In this document: positions 36,145-45,451 of the stretch, piece by piece
Layout of the letters: the number at the start of each line of letters is the position of its first letter
Position numbering within the stretch: the first letter of the stretch is position 1
Source: Candidatus Omnitrophota bacterium
GTDB lineage: Bacteria > Omnitrophota > Gorgyraeia > Gygaellales > Profunditerraquicolaceae
Assembly (NCBI GenBank): GCA_042577285.1
Contig: JBHPDM010000002.1
Coordinates: 6,917 to 70,916, forward strand
DNA length: 64,000 nt
Direction of reading: 5' to 3'
Notes under the pieces: model-generated
The model's input: the letters and a program-made list of their open reading frames with translations, nothing else
What the model was told of the DNA's origin: nothing
Databases searched by the model: none
Translations under genes and position numbers: made by a program

Positions 36145-37819
36145 CTTCCTCCAGGATCAACATCTGGACCGAATAGGGCTTAAGGACCATAGTCTCCTGA
36201 TACAGGCCATCAACTTGTATCTTCTTCTCATCTACGGGAGAGAACTCGCACTCCTTTACGCAGGAGGAATCCATGCTATATCTCTTGTATAGATAATCGC
36301 CGTTTAGATTCTTAAGCGCAATCTTGAGTGTGCGCGGGGAATCCATTAACTGCCTGGCGCGCTGATCAAGGGCAAGGGCCTTCTTAAGCATGACCTTCAT
36401 CCTCTTGGTCAGGCGAAGCGATGAGATCTGCAACTCTGCCTTCAGAAGCTTATCAAACCTGCCGGACTTGATCAGCCTGAGCATAATCTTCCTTTCCCCG
36501 CCGCTTAACAATGCGATATTCCTTGAGATGTAATTCTTGGCGATCTCCGGATCGATGTAATTATAGATCATACATACATAACGCTGATCATCTTTTGTGG
36601 CGATCACTCCGACAAATTCATCATCGGGCTTCTGATCAACAAACATCTCTCTGCCCAGCACATTCAGCATCTGAAAGACCTGGTATATTGACTTAGCTCC
36701 CCCCTTATACGCCAGGGGATTGGCGGAATAGAATATCCCCACATTCCTGTTGATCCCCTCTTCATTGTTCTGAAAATCCTCCAGGCAGTAATAGAACTGG
36801 CGATCGACCCCGGCCTGATACATCCTTTGTATCCGCGCTGGGATGTAGCTTGATGCGATATGGGCATCTTTGCCGCGCTCCGGCACAGAGTTAACCTGCC
36901 GGTCATAGTTCCATTCTCCTACGATCAACGGAGTATCATTCTTGAGGCGCTTAAAGTAGGTGAGCCAGCGCCTGACCAGAGCCAGGGAAGTCATCTTATA
37001 ACGGGTGATCTCCCCTTCGGCGCGGGGATCTGTAGAATAGGCATGCCAGCTGATAAAATCCAACGGCAGCCTGCGCGCGTTACAGAACTTCATCAGGTCA
37101 TAGATCAGGCTATTCCCAGGGGTAAGTATAGAGTTGCCGTCGACATTCTGAAACCACCAGCTGACTGCAGGACCTCCCACCGGTATATAGACCTTATATT
37201 CCTTCTTTAGTTCCCTTACCGCCTCGGCTACGGCGCGGTATAAAAAGAGGTAATCTTTTCTCCTGCCAAGAAAGAACTCCTCAAGGTCCGGGGCGTTCCA
37301 TACCTCATACCAGATATTAAATTTTTTCTCGCAACTTAACCTGCGGATAACCGCCTTGATCGCTTCTTTGAAAGTGCGCAGGTGACGCAGAGGACTCTTC
37401 TTATCGCGTATCCTGCCAAGCCCGGCCGGCATCCCAAAGAGGTTCAATACCACTATTCCGCCGGCATCAGAGATCTTCTTGATCATCTCTTCGTAGTTGG
37501 CCAGGAGCTGATCCTGCGCTTCCGTGTCTTCGATCAGCTCCTTTACTTCCCAAAGATTATATTGCAGGCGGAATATCCCTTGCAGGCCGATATCCCTCTC
37601 CCACCGCTCTAGCGACTCCTTAGAGCTGAAGACGCGCGGCCGGTTTTCTTTATGGATTTCTCCGCGTCCGCTCAAATCTATATTGGGGTGATAAACTCCA
37701 GGCAGGGGGATAGTCTTGCCCTTAGTATCAAGGGTATATTCCAGATCCGTACTTGCGCAGGCAGGACAGATTATTAATAATAGAAGAATGCAGAGTGGGA
37801 TTATAAAGACCTTACGCAT
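36131..37819 (-). CDS. Secreted TIM-barrel glycoside-hydrolase-like protein
   Basis: Has a signal peptide. Motifs WYEVWNAPD and VGEWNYD resemble the GH39/GH5-type catalytic Glu motifs. Confidence 0.45.
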   Translation of the reverse strand: MRKVFIIPLCILLLLIICPACASTDLEYTLDTKGKTIPLPGVYHPNIDLSGRGEIHKENRPRVFSSKESLERWERDIGLQGIFRLQYNLWEVKELIEDTEAQDQLLANYEEMIKKISDAGGIVVLNLFGMPAGLGRIRDKKSPLRHLRTFKEAIKAVIRRLSCEKKFNIWYEVWNAPDLEEFFLGRRKDYLFLYRAVAEAVRELKKEYKVYIPVGGPAVSWWFQNVDGNSILTPGNSLIYDLMKFCNARRLPLDFISWHAYSTDPRAEGEITRYKMTSLALVRRWLTYFKRLKNDTPLIVGEWNYDRQVNSVPERGKDAHIASSYIPARIQRMYQAGVDRQFYYCLEDFQNNEEGINRNVGIFYSANPLAYKGGAKSIYQVFQMLNVLGREMFVDQKPDDEFVGVIATKDDQRYVCMIYNYIDPEIAKNYISRNIALLSGGERKIMLRLIKSGRFDKLLKAELQISSLRLTKRMKVMLKKALALDQRARQLMDSPRTLKIALKNLNGDYLYKRYSMDSSCVKECEFSPVDEKKIQVDGLYQETMVLKPYSVQMLILEEDEKD

Positions 37820-37822
37820 CTC

Positions 37823-38602
37823 TTAGAGTTTCTTCTGGATCCTGGTAATCGACCTTGACTTGCCGGTAGCCTGATCTACGTCAAGGAGTACACCCTGCAG
37901 CCAGATATTCTCCTTGGCCACTTCAAATTTTACCGGAACGCAGGTGAGGAACCTCTCCAGGACATCCTCCACCCTTCTGCCGATCACCGAATCCAATGGC
38001 CCGGTCATACCCGCATCGGTAATATAGGCGCTGCCTGAGGGAAGGATCCTTTCATCGGCGGTCTGGACGTGCGTATGCGTCCCTAAAACAGCTGATACCT
38101 TGCCGTCCAGATACCAACCTAAGGCCATCTTCTCCGAAGTTGCCTCAGCGTGCATATCCACGATGATCACCTGCGCCTCTTTTGAGAGCTCTTCCTGCGC
38201 TGCCTGCGCTGCTTTAAAGGGGTTCTCAAGCGCTTCCATAAAGACCCGGCCGTTGACGTTGATCACGCCCACCCTGACGCCGTTTGCGGCCTTAAAATGA
38301 TTCCAGCCGCTCCCGGGAGCGCCGGCGGGAAAATTAGCCGGCCTTAAGATCCTGGCCTCCTCTTTTATGAGCTCAAAGATCTCCCTCTTCCTCCATATAT
38401 GGTCCCCTGAAGTAAGCACGTCAACGCCTGCGGCAAACAACTCCTGCGCCACGCGCGCCGTGATCCCGGAGCCGCCTGCGGCATTCTCGGCGTTGGCGAT
38501 CACAAAATCTAAAGCCTGCTCATCCCTTAACGCGGGGAGCAGGATCTTTACCGCTTCCCGGCCGGGGCTTCCGACTATATCTCCGATAAACAGGATCTTC
38601 AT
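37823..38602 (-). CDS. ymdB: YmdB-family metallophosphoesterase (TIGR00282)
   Basis: Motifs ILFIGDIVG and ANAENAAGG.GIT. It lies downstream of rny, as in Bacillus. Confidence 0.8.
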   Translation of the reverse strand: MKILFIGDIVGSPGREAVKILLPALRDEQALDFVIANAENAAGGSGITARVAQELFAAGVDVLTSGDHIWRKREIFELIKEEARILRPANFPAGAPGSGWNHFKAANGVRVGVINVNGRVFMEALENPFKAAQAAQEELSKEAQVIIVDMHAEATSEKMALGWYLDGKVSAVLGTHTHVQTADERILPSGSAYITDAGMTGPLDSVIGRRVEDVLERFLTCVPVKFEVAKENIWLQGVLLDVDQATGKSRSITRIQKKL

Positions 38603-38603
38603 C

Positions 38604-40157
38604 TTATTTTGCGTATTCGATCGCCCGCGTCTCGCGGATGACCGTCACCTTGATCTGACCGGGGTACTCCATCCCCTCTTCGATCTTCTTGCGGATATCC
38701 CTGGAGAGATTTATCGCCTCGTTGTCGGAGATCTTCTCCGGCTGAACAATCACGCGGATCTCGCGGCCGGCCTGGATCGCGTAAGACTTCTCTACGCCCT
38801 TGCAGGTATTGGCGATCGACTCCAGCTTCTCTAACCTCTTGATATAAGTCTCTAAGGTCTCGCGTCTTGCCCCTGGACGGGTGGCGCTGATCGCATCCGC
38901 GGCTACCGTAAGCACCGCATAAAGGCTCTTTGGATCGACCTCTTCATGGTGCGCCTCGATCGCATGCAGTACCTCCGGAGACTCGTTATACTTTCTGGCC
39001 AGGTCCGTTCCGATCTTAGCGTGCGTGCCTTCGATCTGATGATCCATCGCCTTGCCGATATCATGCAAGAGCCCGATGCGCCGGCCGAGTTTAAAATCAA
39101 GGCCCAGCTCAGAGGCTATCGCCCCCAAAAGAAAAGAGACTTCTTTGGAATGCTGCAAGGCGTTCTGCCCGAAGCTGGTGCGGTATTTCAGGCGGCCTAA
39201 AAGTTTAAGCGTCTCCGGATGCAGGCCGTTCACCTGCGCCTCAAAGGCAGCGTGCTCCCCCTCTTCACGGACCTTCTCATTCATGTCCTTCTTGGCCTTC
39301 TCGACGATCTCCTCGATCCTTCCCGGGTGGATCCTCCCGTCGCTGATCAACTTCTGAAGGCTGAGGCGTGCGATCTCTCTGCGCACCGGGTCAAAACAGG
39401 AGATGGTTACGGCCTCCGGCGTATCATCGATGATCACGTCGACTCCGGTGGCCATCTCCAGGGCGCGGATATTCCTGCCCTCCCTGCCGATCACCCTGCC
39501 CTTCATCTCATCGTTGGGCAGGTTTACAACGCTCACTGTAGATTCTACCGTATGCTCGGCAGAGCAACGCTGTATAGCTAAGGTGACGATCTCCCGCGCC
39601 TTCTTTTCGGCGATAGTGCGCGTCTCCTCCTCATGTTTCTTGATCAACCCTGCCTTTTCATTAGTCAGCTCCCCGCTGAGGCGATTAAGCAGGATCTGCT
39701 TTGCCTCCTGGGCAGAGAGGGAAGCGATCTTCTGCAGGCGTTGTTTCTCCTCCGAGATCAACTGCTGCAGCTGGGCGTCTTTGGCTTTAATCGCATCTTC
39801 CTGTTTCTTGGCATTGAGAAGCCTGGCTTCGATCTCCCCCTCCTTCTTCTCCAGGAGACCCAGCCTGCGGTCGATATTCTCCTCCTTCTGCGCTAAGCGT
39901 TTCTCTAAGTTTAATATCTCCTGCCGCCGGTCCTGGGTCTGCCGCTCAAAATCCTGGCGCAGCCGGTACAAAAGATCCTTTGACTCAAGTTCTGCCTCTC
40001 TGCGCTTTGCCTGAGCCTCTTTATCAGCCTGCTCAAGGATATATTTAGCCCTTGACTCTGCATCCTGGGTCTTCTTCTCGGCAAGGTACCTCCTTAAAAA
40101 ATACCCCGCCAGGCCAAAGCCCAGAGCGATACCAAAAAATATGATTATATTCAACAT
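38604..40157 (-). CDS. rny: Ribonuclease Y
   Basis: N-terminal TM segment, a coiled coil, a KH domain (GRVIGREGRNIR) and an HD domain (LLHDIGKA). Confidence 0.9.
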   Translation of the reverse strand: MLNIIIFFGIALGFGLAGYFLRRYLAEKKTQDAESRAKYILEQADKEAQAKRREAELESKDLLYRLRQDFERQTQDRRQEILNLEKRLAQKEENIDRRLGLLEKKEGEIEARLLNAKKQEDAIKAKDAQLQQLISEEKQRLQKIASLSAQEAKQILLNRLSGELTNEKAGLIKKHEEETRTIAEKKAREIVTLAIQRCSAEHTVESTVSVVNLPNDEMKGRVIGREGRNIRALEMATGVDVIIDDTPEAVTISCFDPVRREIARLSLQKLISDGRIHPGRIEEIVEKAKKDMNEKVREEGEHAAFEAQVNGLHPETLKLLGRLKYRTSFGQNALQHSKEVSFLLGAIASELGLDFKLGRRIGLLHDIGKAMDHQIEGTHAKIGTDLARKYNESPEVLHAIEAHHEEVDPKSLYAVLTVAADAISATRPGARRETLETYIKRLEKLESIANTCKGVEKSYAIQAGREIRVIVQPEKISDNEAINLSRDIRKKIEEGMEYPGQIKVTVIRETRAIEYAK

Positions 40158-40202
40158 GATCGGGTCGACACCTCCGTTCTTGTAACTTTTTTAGGTAGGA
40201 AG

Positions 40203-40751
40203 TCAGGCGAAGATGACCTTTGTGACGCTTACGTCGTGATCAGCGGCGGGGAGGATAGGTAAGATCTGAAAATCAAATGCCAGGCCGATGGTCGGCTTGA
40301 GCCTTGGGAGTTTGCTCAAGAACCGGTCGTAATATCCTTTGCCGCGGCCCAGGCGCCTGCCCTTCTTATCAAAGGCGACTCCCGGAACAACTACCAGGTC
40401 CAGGTCCTGCGGACTCACAGCTTTGGATTTCACGGGTTCTTTGGTCCCATAAGGGCCCGATTTTAGTCGCGTACGGGCACCTAATATATAAGGTTTAAGC
40501 GTTCTATCTTGGCCGCAAACCGGCACTGTAACTGTCTTACCTTGTTTTTGCGCAACCTTAATCATATCCTCAGTGTTTACCTCGCCATCAAACGAGACGT
40601 AAAACATCACGCTCTTAGCTTTGCGAAAACTCGCATTCTCCGACAACTTCCTTTTTATATCTCTACTTTTTCTATCCTGCTCATCCTCCTTTTGTGTTTT
40701 TAGTCTTAAGAGGATTTTACTACGTATTTGCTGTTTTGTCAACATCGCCAC
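40203..40751 (-). CDS. 5-formyltetrahydrofolate cyclo-ligase
   Basis: Motifs VVPGVAFDKKGRRLGRGKGYYDR. Confidence 0.85.
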   Translation of the reverse strand: MAMLTKQQIRSKILLRLKTQKEDEQDRKSRDIKRKLSENASFRKAKSVMFYVSFDGEVNTEDMIKVAQKQGKTVTVPVCGQDRTLKPYILGARTRLKSGPYGTKEPVKSKAVSPQDLDLVVVPGVAFDKKGRRLGRGKGYYDRFLSKLPRLKPTIGLAFDFQILPILPAADHDVSVTKVIFA

Positions 40752-41400
40752 ACCTTAAACTTAACTTACGCGGCTTCTGGGTCAACTTATAATTCTTAGG
40801 GCTCTGGGCTTTTCTGATCTTCTCCAGCTGTTTTCGATTATCGAGCTCCTTATAGATCAGCACCCAGGCGCAATCCTTATCTTTGTCCACCTCACACTTT
40901 CCCTGATCGGTTCCGCCGCAGGGGCCGTTCAGCAGCCCCTTTGAACAGAGCGTGATCGGGCAGATCCCGCCGGTGATATCCAACACGCACTCGGCACACA
41001 TCGAGCACTTTTCCAGGAAATCCCCTTTGGCATCGACGGTAGCTCCGAAAAGAGTATCGCAACCCGGCAACACTACCTTGTCCAACCGGTTATTCTCCTT
41101 GACCGACTGCGTGCCGAGGCCGCAGGCAAAGACCAAAACTGCCTCTGCCTCACGCAGCGCCAACATGTTCTTAGCCAGCCCGGTCTTTATCTGAGCTGCA
41201 ACACATGGCGCATCGGGTATGCAACTACCGACAACGCTCTTGCCGTGCTTTTTGAGCTCCTCCTGCATAAGGGCGAGCTCCTCTTCACCGCCGCTCTTGC
41301 AGGTGGTTGCACACTCGCCGCAACCGACGAGAAAGATCTTATTATACCCTTCAAGGCTCTTAAGAATATTCTCGACCGCCTTTTGTTTTGAAATAATCAT
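40720..41400 (-). CDS. Methylenetetrahydrofolate reductase C-terminal-domain (MetV-like) Cys-rich protein
   Basis: Motifs CSMCAECVL...GICP...LLNGPCGG...GKCEVDKDKDCAW. Confidence 0.65.
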   Translation of the reverse strand: MIISKQKAVENILKSLEGYNKIFLVGCGECATTCKSGGEEELALMQEELKKHGKSVVGSCIPDAPCVAAQIKTGLAKNMLALREAEAVLVFACGLGTQSVKENNRLDKVVLPGCDTLFGATVDAKGDFLEKCSMCAECVLDITGGICPITLCSKGLLNGPCGGTDQGKCEVDKDKDCAWVLIYKELDNRKQLEKIRKAQSPKNYKLTQKPRKLSLRCGDVDKTANT

Positions 41401-41440
41401 TCTTCCTCCGCTTCAGCCACTTCAGAACCGCCCCTTTAGA

Positions 41441-41887
41441 CTATTGCATTTCGTTGATCACCTTCTGGGAAACACCCTCCTGCTGCAGATAGCTGATATC
41501 GGATGCCGAAAGCGTAAAGCTTGAATTTGACATGCGGATCCTGTCAATGATCACATCTTCATGCGCCCCCTGTTTGCTCAGATCCACGACCTGCTGCAGG
41601 GACATCTGATCGGCGCTGACTGCCTGTTGGCTGGACGTAGAAGCTGACTCCTGACCCGGTTTCTCTATCTGGCTGCCGACGAGCGCGCCGCCCAAAGCGC
41701 CTGTTGCCGCACCGATCGCTGCTCCCTCTCCGCCGTGGCCGCTCTGATGCCCGATGATCCCGCCTGCTGCCGCACCCAAAATGCCTCCGATCACGGTTCC
41801 TTCGCCAACTCGCGTCTTATTTGTCTGGCATCCCAGGACTGCCAAGGCCAGGACTAAACACAATACGGTCACAACCATTCTCTTCAT
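41441..41887 (-). CDS. Glycine-zipper lipoprotein
   Basis: Lipobox LGC, followed by GGILGAAAGGIIGH...GAATGALGGALVGS. Confidence 0.6.
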   Translation of the reverse strand: MKRMVVTVLCLVLALAVLGCQTNKTRVGEGTVIGGILGAAAGGIIGHQSGHGGEGAAIGAATGALGGALVGSQIEKPGQESASTSSQQAVSADQMSLQQVVDLSKQGAHEDVIIDRIRMSNSSFTLSASDISYLQQEGVSQKVINEMQ

Positions 41888-41905
41888 CTAACTCCTCCTT
41901 CTTTT

Positions 41906-43231
41906 TTAAGTTTTTGTCTTACGTAATCTCTTAAGGCGCTCTTTGATCTTTGCCTCGTGTCCGATATCCGTCGGTTCATAATATCTTACCTTGCGAGCGG
42001 TGTAGTCCTGCTTGACAAAATGCCCTTCATAGCTGTGGGCGTACTTATACCCCTGGCCGTGACCGAGTGCCTCTGCGCCCCGGTAAGAAGCATCTTTTAG
42101 GTGGTCCGGGACCTCCTGCGTCTTTTCCTTCTCGATATCTGCAGAAGCCTTGTCGATGGCCAGATACGCGGCATTAGACTTCGGCGCGCAGGCAACATAG
42201 ATCGCAGCGTGGGCCAGCGGGATCCTCGCCTCGGGCATGCCGACGAACTCCGAGATCTGCAGCGCGGCGTTAGCAAGGACCAGCGCTAAGGGATCGGCAT
42301 TGCCGACATCCTCTGCGGCGGCGATACAGATCCGTCGGGCGATAAAACGCGGGTCCTCCCCGGCATAAAACATCTTCGCCATCCAGTAAAGCGCAGCATC
42401 CGGATCTGAGCCGCGCATGGACTTTATAAATGCTGAGGCAGTATCGTAATGACCGTCGCCATCCCGGTCATAAAGCACTGCCTTCTTCTGGGTGGACTGC
42501 TGAGCAACCCCCAGGTCAAAATTAACTGATCCATCCTTAGCCTTAGCGGTAGTCAATACTCCGATTTCCAGGGCATTTAATGCTCTGCGCGCATCGCCTT
42601 CGCAGGATTTAGCGAGGAAGTCAAGCGCCTGCTGATCAACCTTTACCCTGCGCCTGCCAAACCCTTTGAGCTTATCCTTCAGGGCGCGGTTCAGGATGCG
42701 TAAGATCTCATCCTGCGAGAGGCTCTTTAACTCAAAGACCATCGAGCGGGAGATCAGGGGTGATACCAGGGAAAAGAAGGGGTTGTTCACCGTAGCGCCG
42801 ATCAGGACGGGGTTCCCATCCTCTACATCAGGCATCAGCACATCCTGCTGCGCCTTGTTAAAGCGATGTATCTCATCGATAAAAAGAATCGTCTTCTTAC
42901 CCGTATTAGAAAGGCGCACCTTTGCCGTAGCGATCAGGCGTCTTAACTCTTCGGTGTTAGAGGTGGTGGCGTTTACCGGGGCATAATATGACTTAGTGGT
43001 ATTGGCGATACACCGGGCAAGCGAAGTCTTTCCGGTGCCGGGCGGTCCGTAAAGGATCAAGGAACTTACCCGGTCCGCCTCTATCGCCCGGCGCAGGAGC
43101 GTATCCTTTCCTAACATATGCTCCTGCCCGACGAATTCTTCCAGGGTGCCGGGGCGCATACGCACCGCAAGGGGAAGATTTTTGTTAACGGGGAGTTTAT
43201 CCGCAAATAAATCTGTAGATTGTTTAGTCAT
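41906..43231 (-). CDS. rarA: Replication-associated recombination protein A (AAA+)
   Basis: Motifs PLAVRMRP, GPPGTGKTS and FIDEIHRFNK. Confidence 0.9.
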   Translation of the reverse strand: MTKQSTDLFADKLPVNKNLPLAVRMRPGTLEEFVGQEHMLGKDTLLRRAIEADRVSSLILYGPPGTGKTSLARCIANTTKSYYAPVNATTSNTEELRRLIATAKVRLSNTGKKTILFIDEIHRFNKAQQDVLMPDVEDGNPVLIGATVNNPFFSLVSPLISRSMVFELKSLSQDEILRILNRALKDKLKGFGRRRVKVDQQALDFLAKSCEGDARRALNALEIGVLTTAKAKDGSVNFDLGVAQQSTQKKAVLYDRDGDGHYDTASAFIKSMRGSDPDAALYWMAKMFYAGEDPRFIARRICIAAAEDVGNADPLALVLANAALQISEFVGMPEARIPLAHAAIYVACAPKSNAAYLAIDKASADIEKEKTQEVPDHLKDASYRGAEALGHGQGYKYAHSYEGHFVKQDYTARKVRYYEPTDIGHEAKIKERLKRLRKTKT

Positions 43232-43260
43232 TTTAACTATTGACTGTCCGGCACTAATTC

Positions 43261-43445
43261 AAAAAAATCCCCACCTGTGCCGTTGGGCTCTATAGGTTGA
43301 ATCGACTTGTTTACAAGTGGGCGCCTCCTTCGCGTGCCTTAGCAAGCGAAGAGTCAGCTCCCCTGAGATAGCTGTTGATTCACCTCTTAGTCAGCTCCCA
43401 ACGGGCACGGCAGGGATATGTAAAATGAGCAAAGTTTAACTTCGT
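43261..43445 (-). ncRNA. Candidate structured RNA of about 185 nt (sRNA or rarA leader), family not recognised
   Basis: It has its own near-consensus promoter. Two nested long-range helices are present, plus an 11-nt direct repeat that occurs twice. The closing helix is followed by U7. There is no ORF. Confidence 0.45.
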
Positions 43446-43451
43446 GTAAAA

Positions 43452-43480
43452 AGTATAACACATCTTTTTATGCAAGTCAA
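43452..43480 (-). promoter_or_regulatory. Sigma70-type promoter starting 2 nt after the pheT stop
   Basis: The minus strand reads TTGACT-17 nt-TATACT. Confidence 0.55.
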
Positions 43481-43481
43481 C

Positions 43482-45443
43482 TTATCGCGTCCGTGCCCCG
43501 AATTTATCCGCTAAAACCCTGGCAATAGCTTCGTGAACCGGCTGGATCTCGCCCTCGGTCAAGGTACGCTCGTCGCAGCGGTAGATACAAGAGACGGTCA
43601 GTCCCTTACAGTCAGAGGGGATCTGTTCGCCGGTGTAATAATCGACTACCTCAGCCTTGCGCAGCAATGGGACGCCCTCTTCCTTTACGCTCTCAAGCAG
43701 GCCGGAGACGGAAACATCCTTCTTGACCACAAGGCTGATATCCCTGGATATCTGCGGATATACAGGGAGCGCTTTAAAGCGCTTTTTTATCCTTGCGCCG
43801 GTGATGATCTTATCAAGCTTCACCTCAGCGGTAGAGATCCCCCTCTCCAAAGCCTTCATTACGCCGATCTGCTCTTTATTAATATTGATCTTTATCAACG
43901 AAAGGTCCTTGCTATTGCTAAAAGTATAACCTTCTACGCCTAGCCGGGAAAAAAGGACTTCTAGGATCCCCTTTATGCGCAGGAAACCTGCCTCGCCCTT
44001 ATCCTTGCGCAGGGCGGCATTCGGCTTCTCGCCGCAGAGGGCCAGGCCTAAGGTTAATTCTTCACGGATGGATCTGTCTTCGCTGGAGAATACATTGGCG
44101 ATCTCAAAAATATTGACGTATCCCTGCCTCTGGTTTAAGTTATAAGTCACCCGGGATACAAGGCTGGGGATCAGGCTCGACCGCAAAACTGCCTGCTCCT
44201 TGCTTAAGGGATTTAGGATTCTGATAAGTCCCTCATCGACGAGGCTATGGGTGATCACCTCGTTCAGCCCCAGGCCGACCAGCATATCCTTGATGCGCGT
44301 GACCATCTCTCCTTTGGCATCGCTGGCTGCACGCAGCCTGACCCGCGGCGAGGTCTTAGGAATATTTTCATAACCAAAGATGCGGGCTACCTCTTCGATC
44401 AGATCGACATCCAGGCGCAGGTCCTGCCGGCGCGATGGCACTTCAACGCTCAAGGTATCTCTGCCAGAAGATCTTGTCTTTAACCCCAGGCTGTTTAAGA
44501 TCCCCTTGACCCGGGCCAGACCGATATCAACTCCCAGGGTATTGACGACTGAGGCTATCTTTAAGGTTATTTTACGCTTTTTATCTGTGGATGCTCCTGC
44601 GCTTTTGACCGATTCCAGATCCCCTCCGGCGAGCTCACCTATCAAAGCAGCTGCCCGATGCGCAGCAAGAGCGATCCCTTGAGGATCTACCCCCCTCTCA
44701 AACCTGTAAGATGATTCGCTTTGCATCCCTGCCCTCTGCCTGCCCCGGCGCACCACTGCCGGCTGAAAGAGCGCAGACTCAAGCAATATATCCTTTGTGC
44801 TCCCTGAAACTTCGCTTTCCTCGCCGCCGATGATCCCGGCGAGGGCAACCGGTTTTTTGCCGTCTGCGATCACCAGGATATCAGGATCCAGCTCCCTCTT
44901 GACCCCGTCGATGGTCGTCAGGCGCTCCCCCTTCTTTGCCCGGCGTACACAGATCAGATCGGTTCCCAGTTTTTCCAAGTCAAAAGCGTGCAATGGTTGG
45001 CCCAGTTCAAACAACACATAATTGGTAATATCCACTACATTATTCACGCTGCGGCAACCCACCAGCTCCAACCTCTTCTTAAGCCAGGCAGGAGATTCCT
45101 CCACCCTGACGCCCTTGATTATCGTAGCGCTATAATTAGGGCAATCCTTCTTATCCTGGACGCTGATCTTGAAATTAGTTTTTGATTTTGGATTTTTAGT
45201 TTTGCCTTTAACTTTAGGGATTTTAAGCCTGGAATGGGTAATTGCCGCTGCTTCGCGCGCAACGCCGATCAGACTCAAAAGATCCGGCCGGTTAGGGGTG
45301 ATCTCGACCTCAAAGATAAAATCACCATCCTTCTCCTCTAAGGCGGTCACTTCGATCCCTGCCATAGTCAATTTATCGGCGAGTTGGCGCGCCGGCAACT
45401 TTATATCTAGGAAATCTTTTAACCAATTATAAGTTAATCTCAT
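43482..45443 (-). CDS. pheT: Phenylalanine--tRNA ligase beta subunit (short form, 653 aa)
   Basis: N-terminus is MRLTYNWLKDFLD. B3/4, B5 and FDX-ACB-like regions are present. The usual OB-fold tRNA-binding insert after the N-terminal domain appears to be absent. Confidence 0.85.
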   Translation of the reverse strand: MRLTYNWLKDFLDIKLPARQLADKLTMAGIEVTALEEKDGDFIFEVEITPNRPDLLSLIGVAREAAAITHSRLKIPKVKGKTKNPKSKTNFKISVQDKKDCPNYSATIIKGVRVEESPAWLKKRLELVGCRSVNNVVDITNYVLFELGQPLHAFDLEKLGTDLICVRRAKKGERLTTIDGVKRELDPDILVIADGKKPVALAGIIGGEESEVSGSTKDILLESALFQPAVVRRGRQRAGMQSESSYRFERGVDPQGIALAAHRAAALIGELAGGDLESVKSAGASTDKKRKITLKIASVVNTLGVDIGLARVKGILNSLGLKTRSSGRDTLSVEVPSRRQDLRLDVDLIEEVARIFGYENIPKTSPRVRLRAASDAKGEMVTRIKDMLVGLGLNEVITHSLVDEGLIRILNPLSKEQAVLRSSLIPSLVSRVTYNLNQRQGYVNIFEIANVFSSEDRSIREELTLGLALCGEKPNAALRKDKGEAGFLRIKGILEVLFSRLGVEGYTFSNSKDLSLIKININKEQIGVMKALERGISTAEVKLDKIITGARIKKRFKALPVYPQISRDISLVVKKDVSVSGLLESVKEEGVPLLRKAEVVDYYTGEQIPSDCKGLTVSCIYRCDERTLTEGEIQPVHEAIARVLADKFGARTR

Positions 45444-45451
45444 ATCGCGCC

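Noticed and set aside
43261-43445. Assignment of the structured RNA to 6S RNA, SRP RNA or tmRNA.
   Set aside because: The size is 6S-like, but I cannot demonstrate the closing-stem, central-bubble and terminal-loop layout. No SRP domain IV motif or tmRNA tag ORF is present. It is left unclassified.
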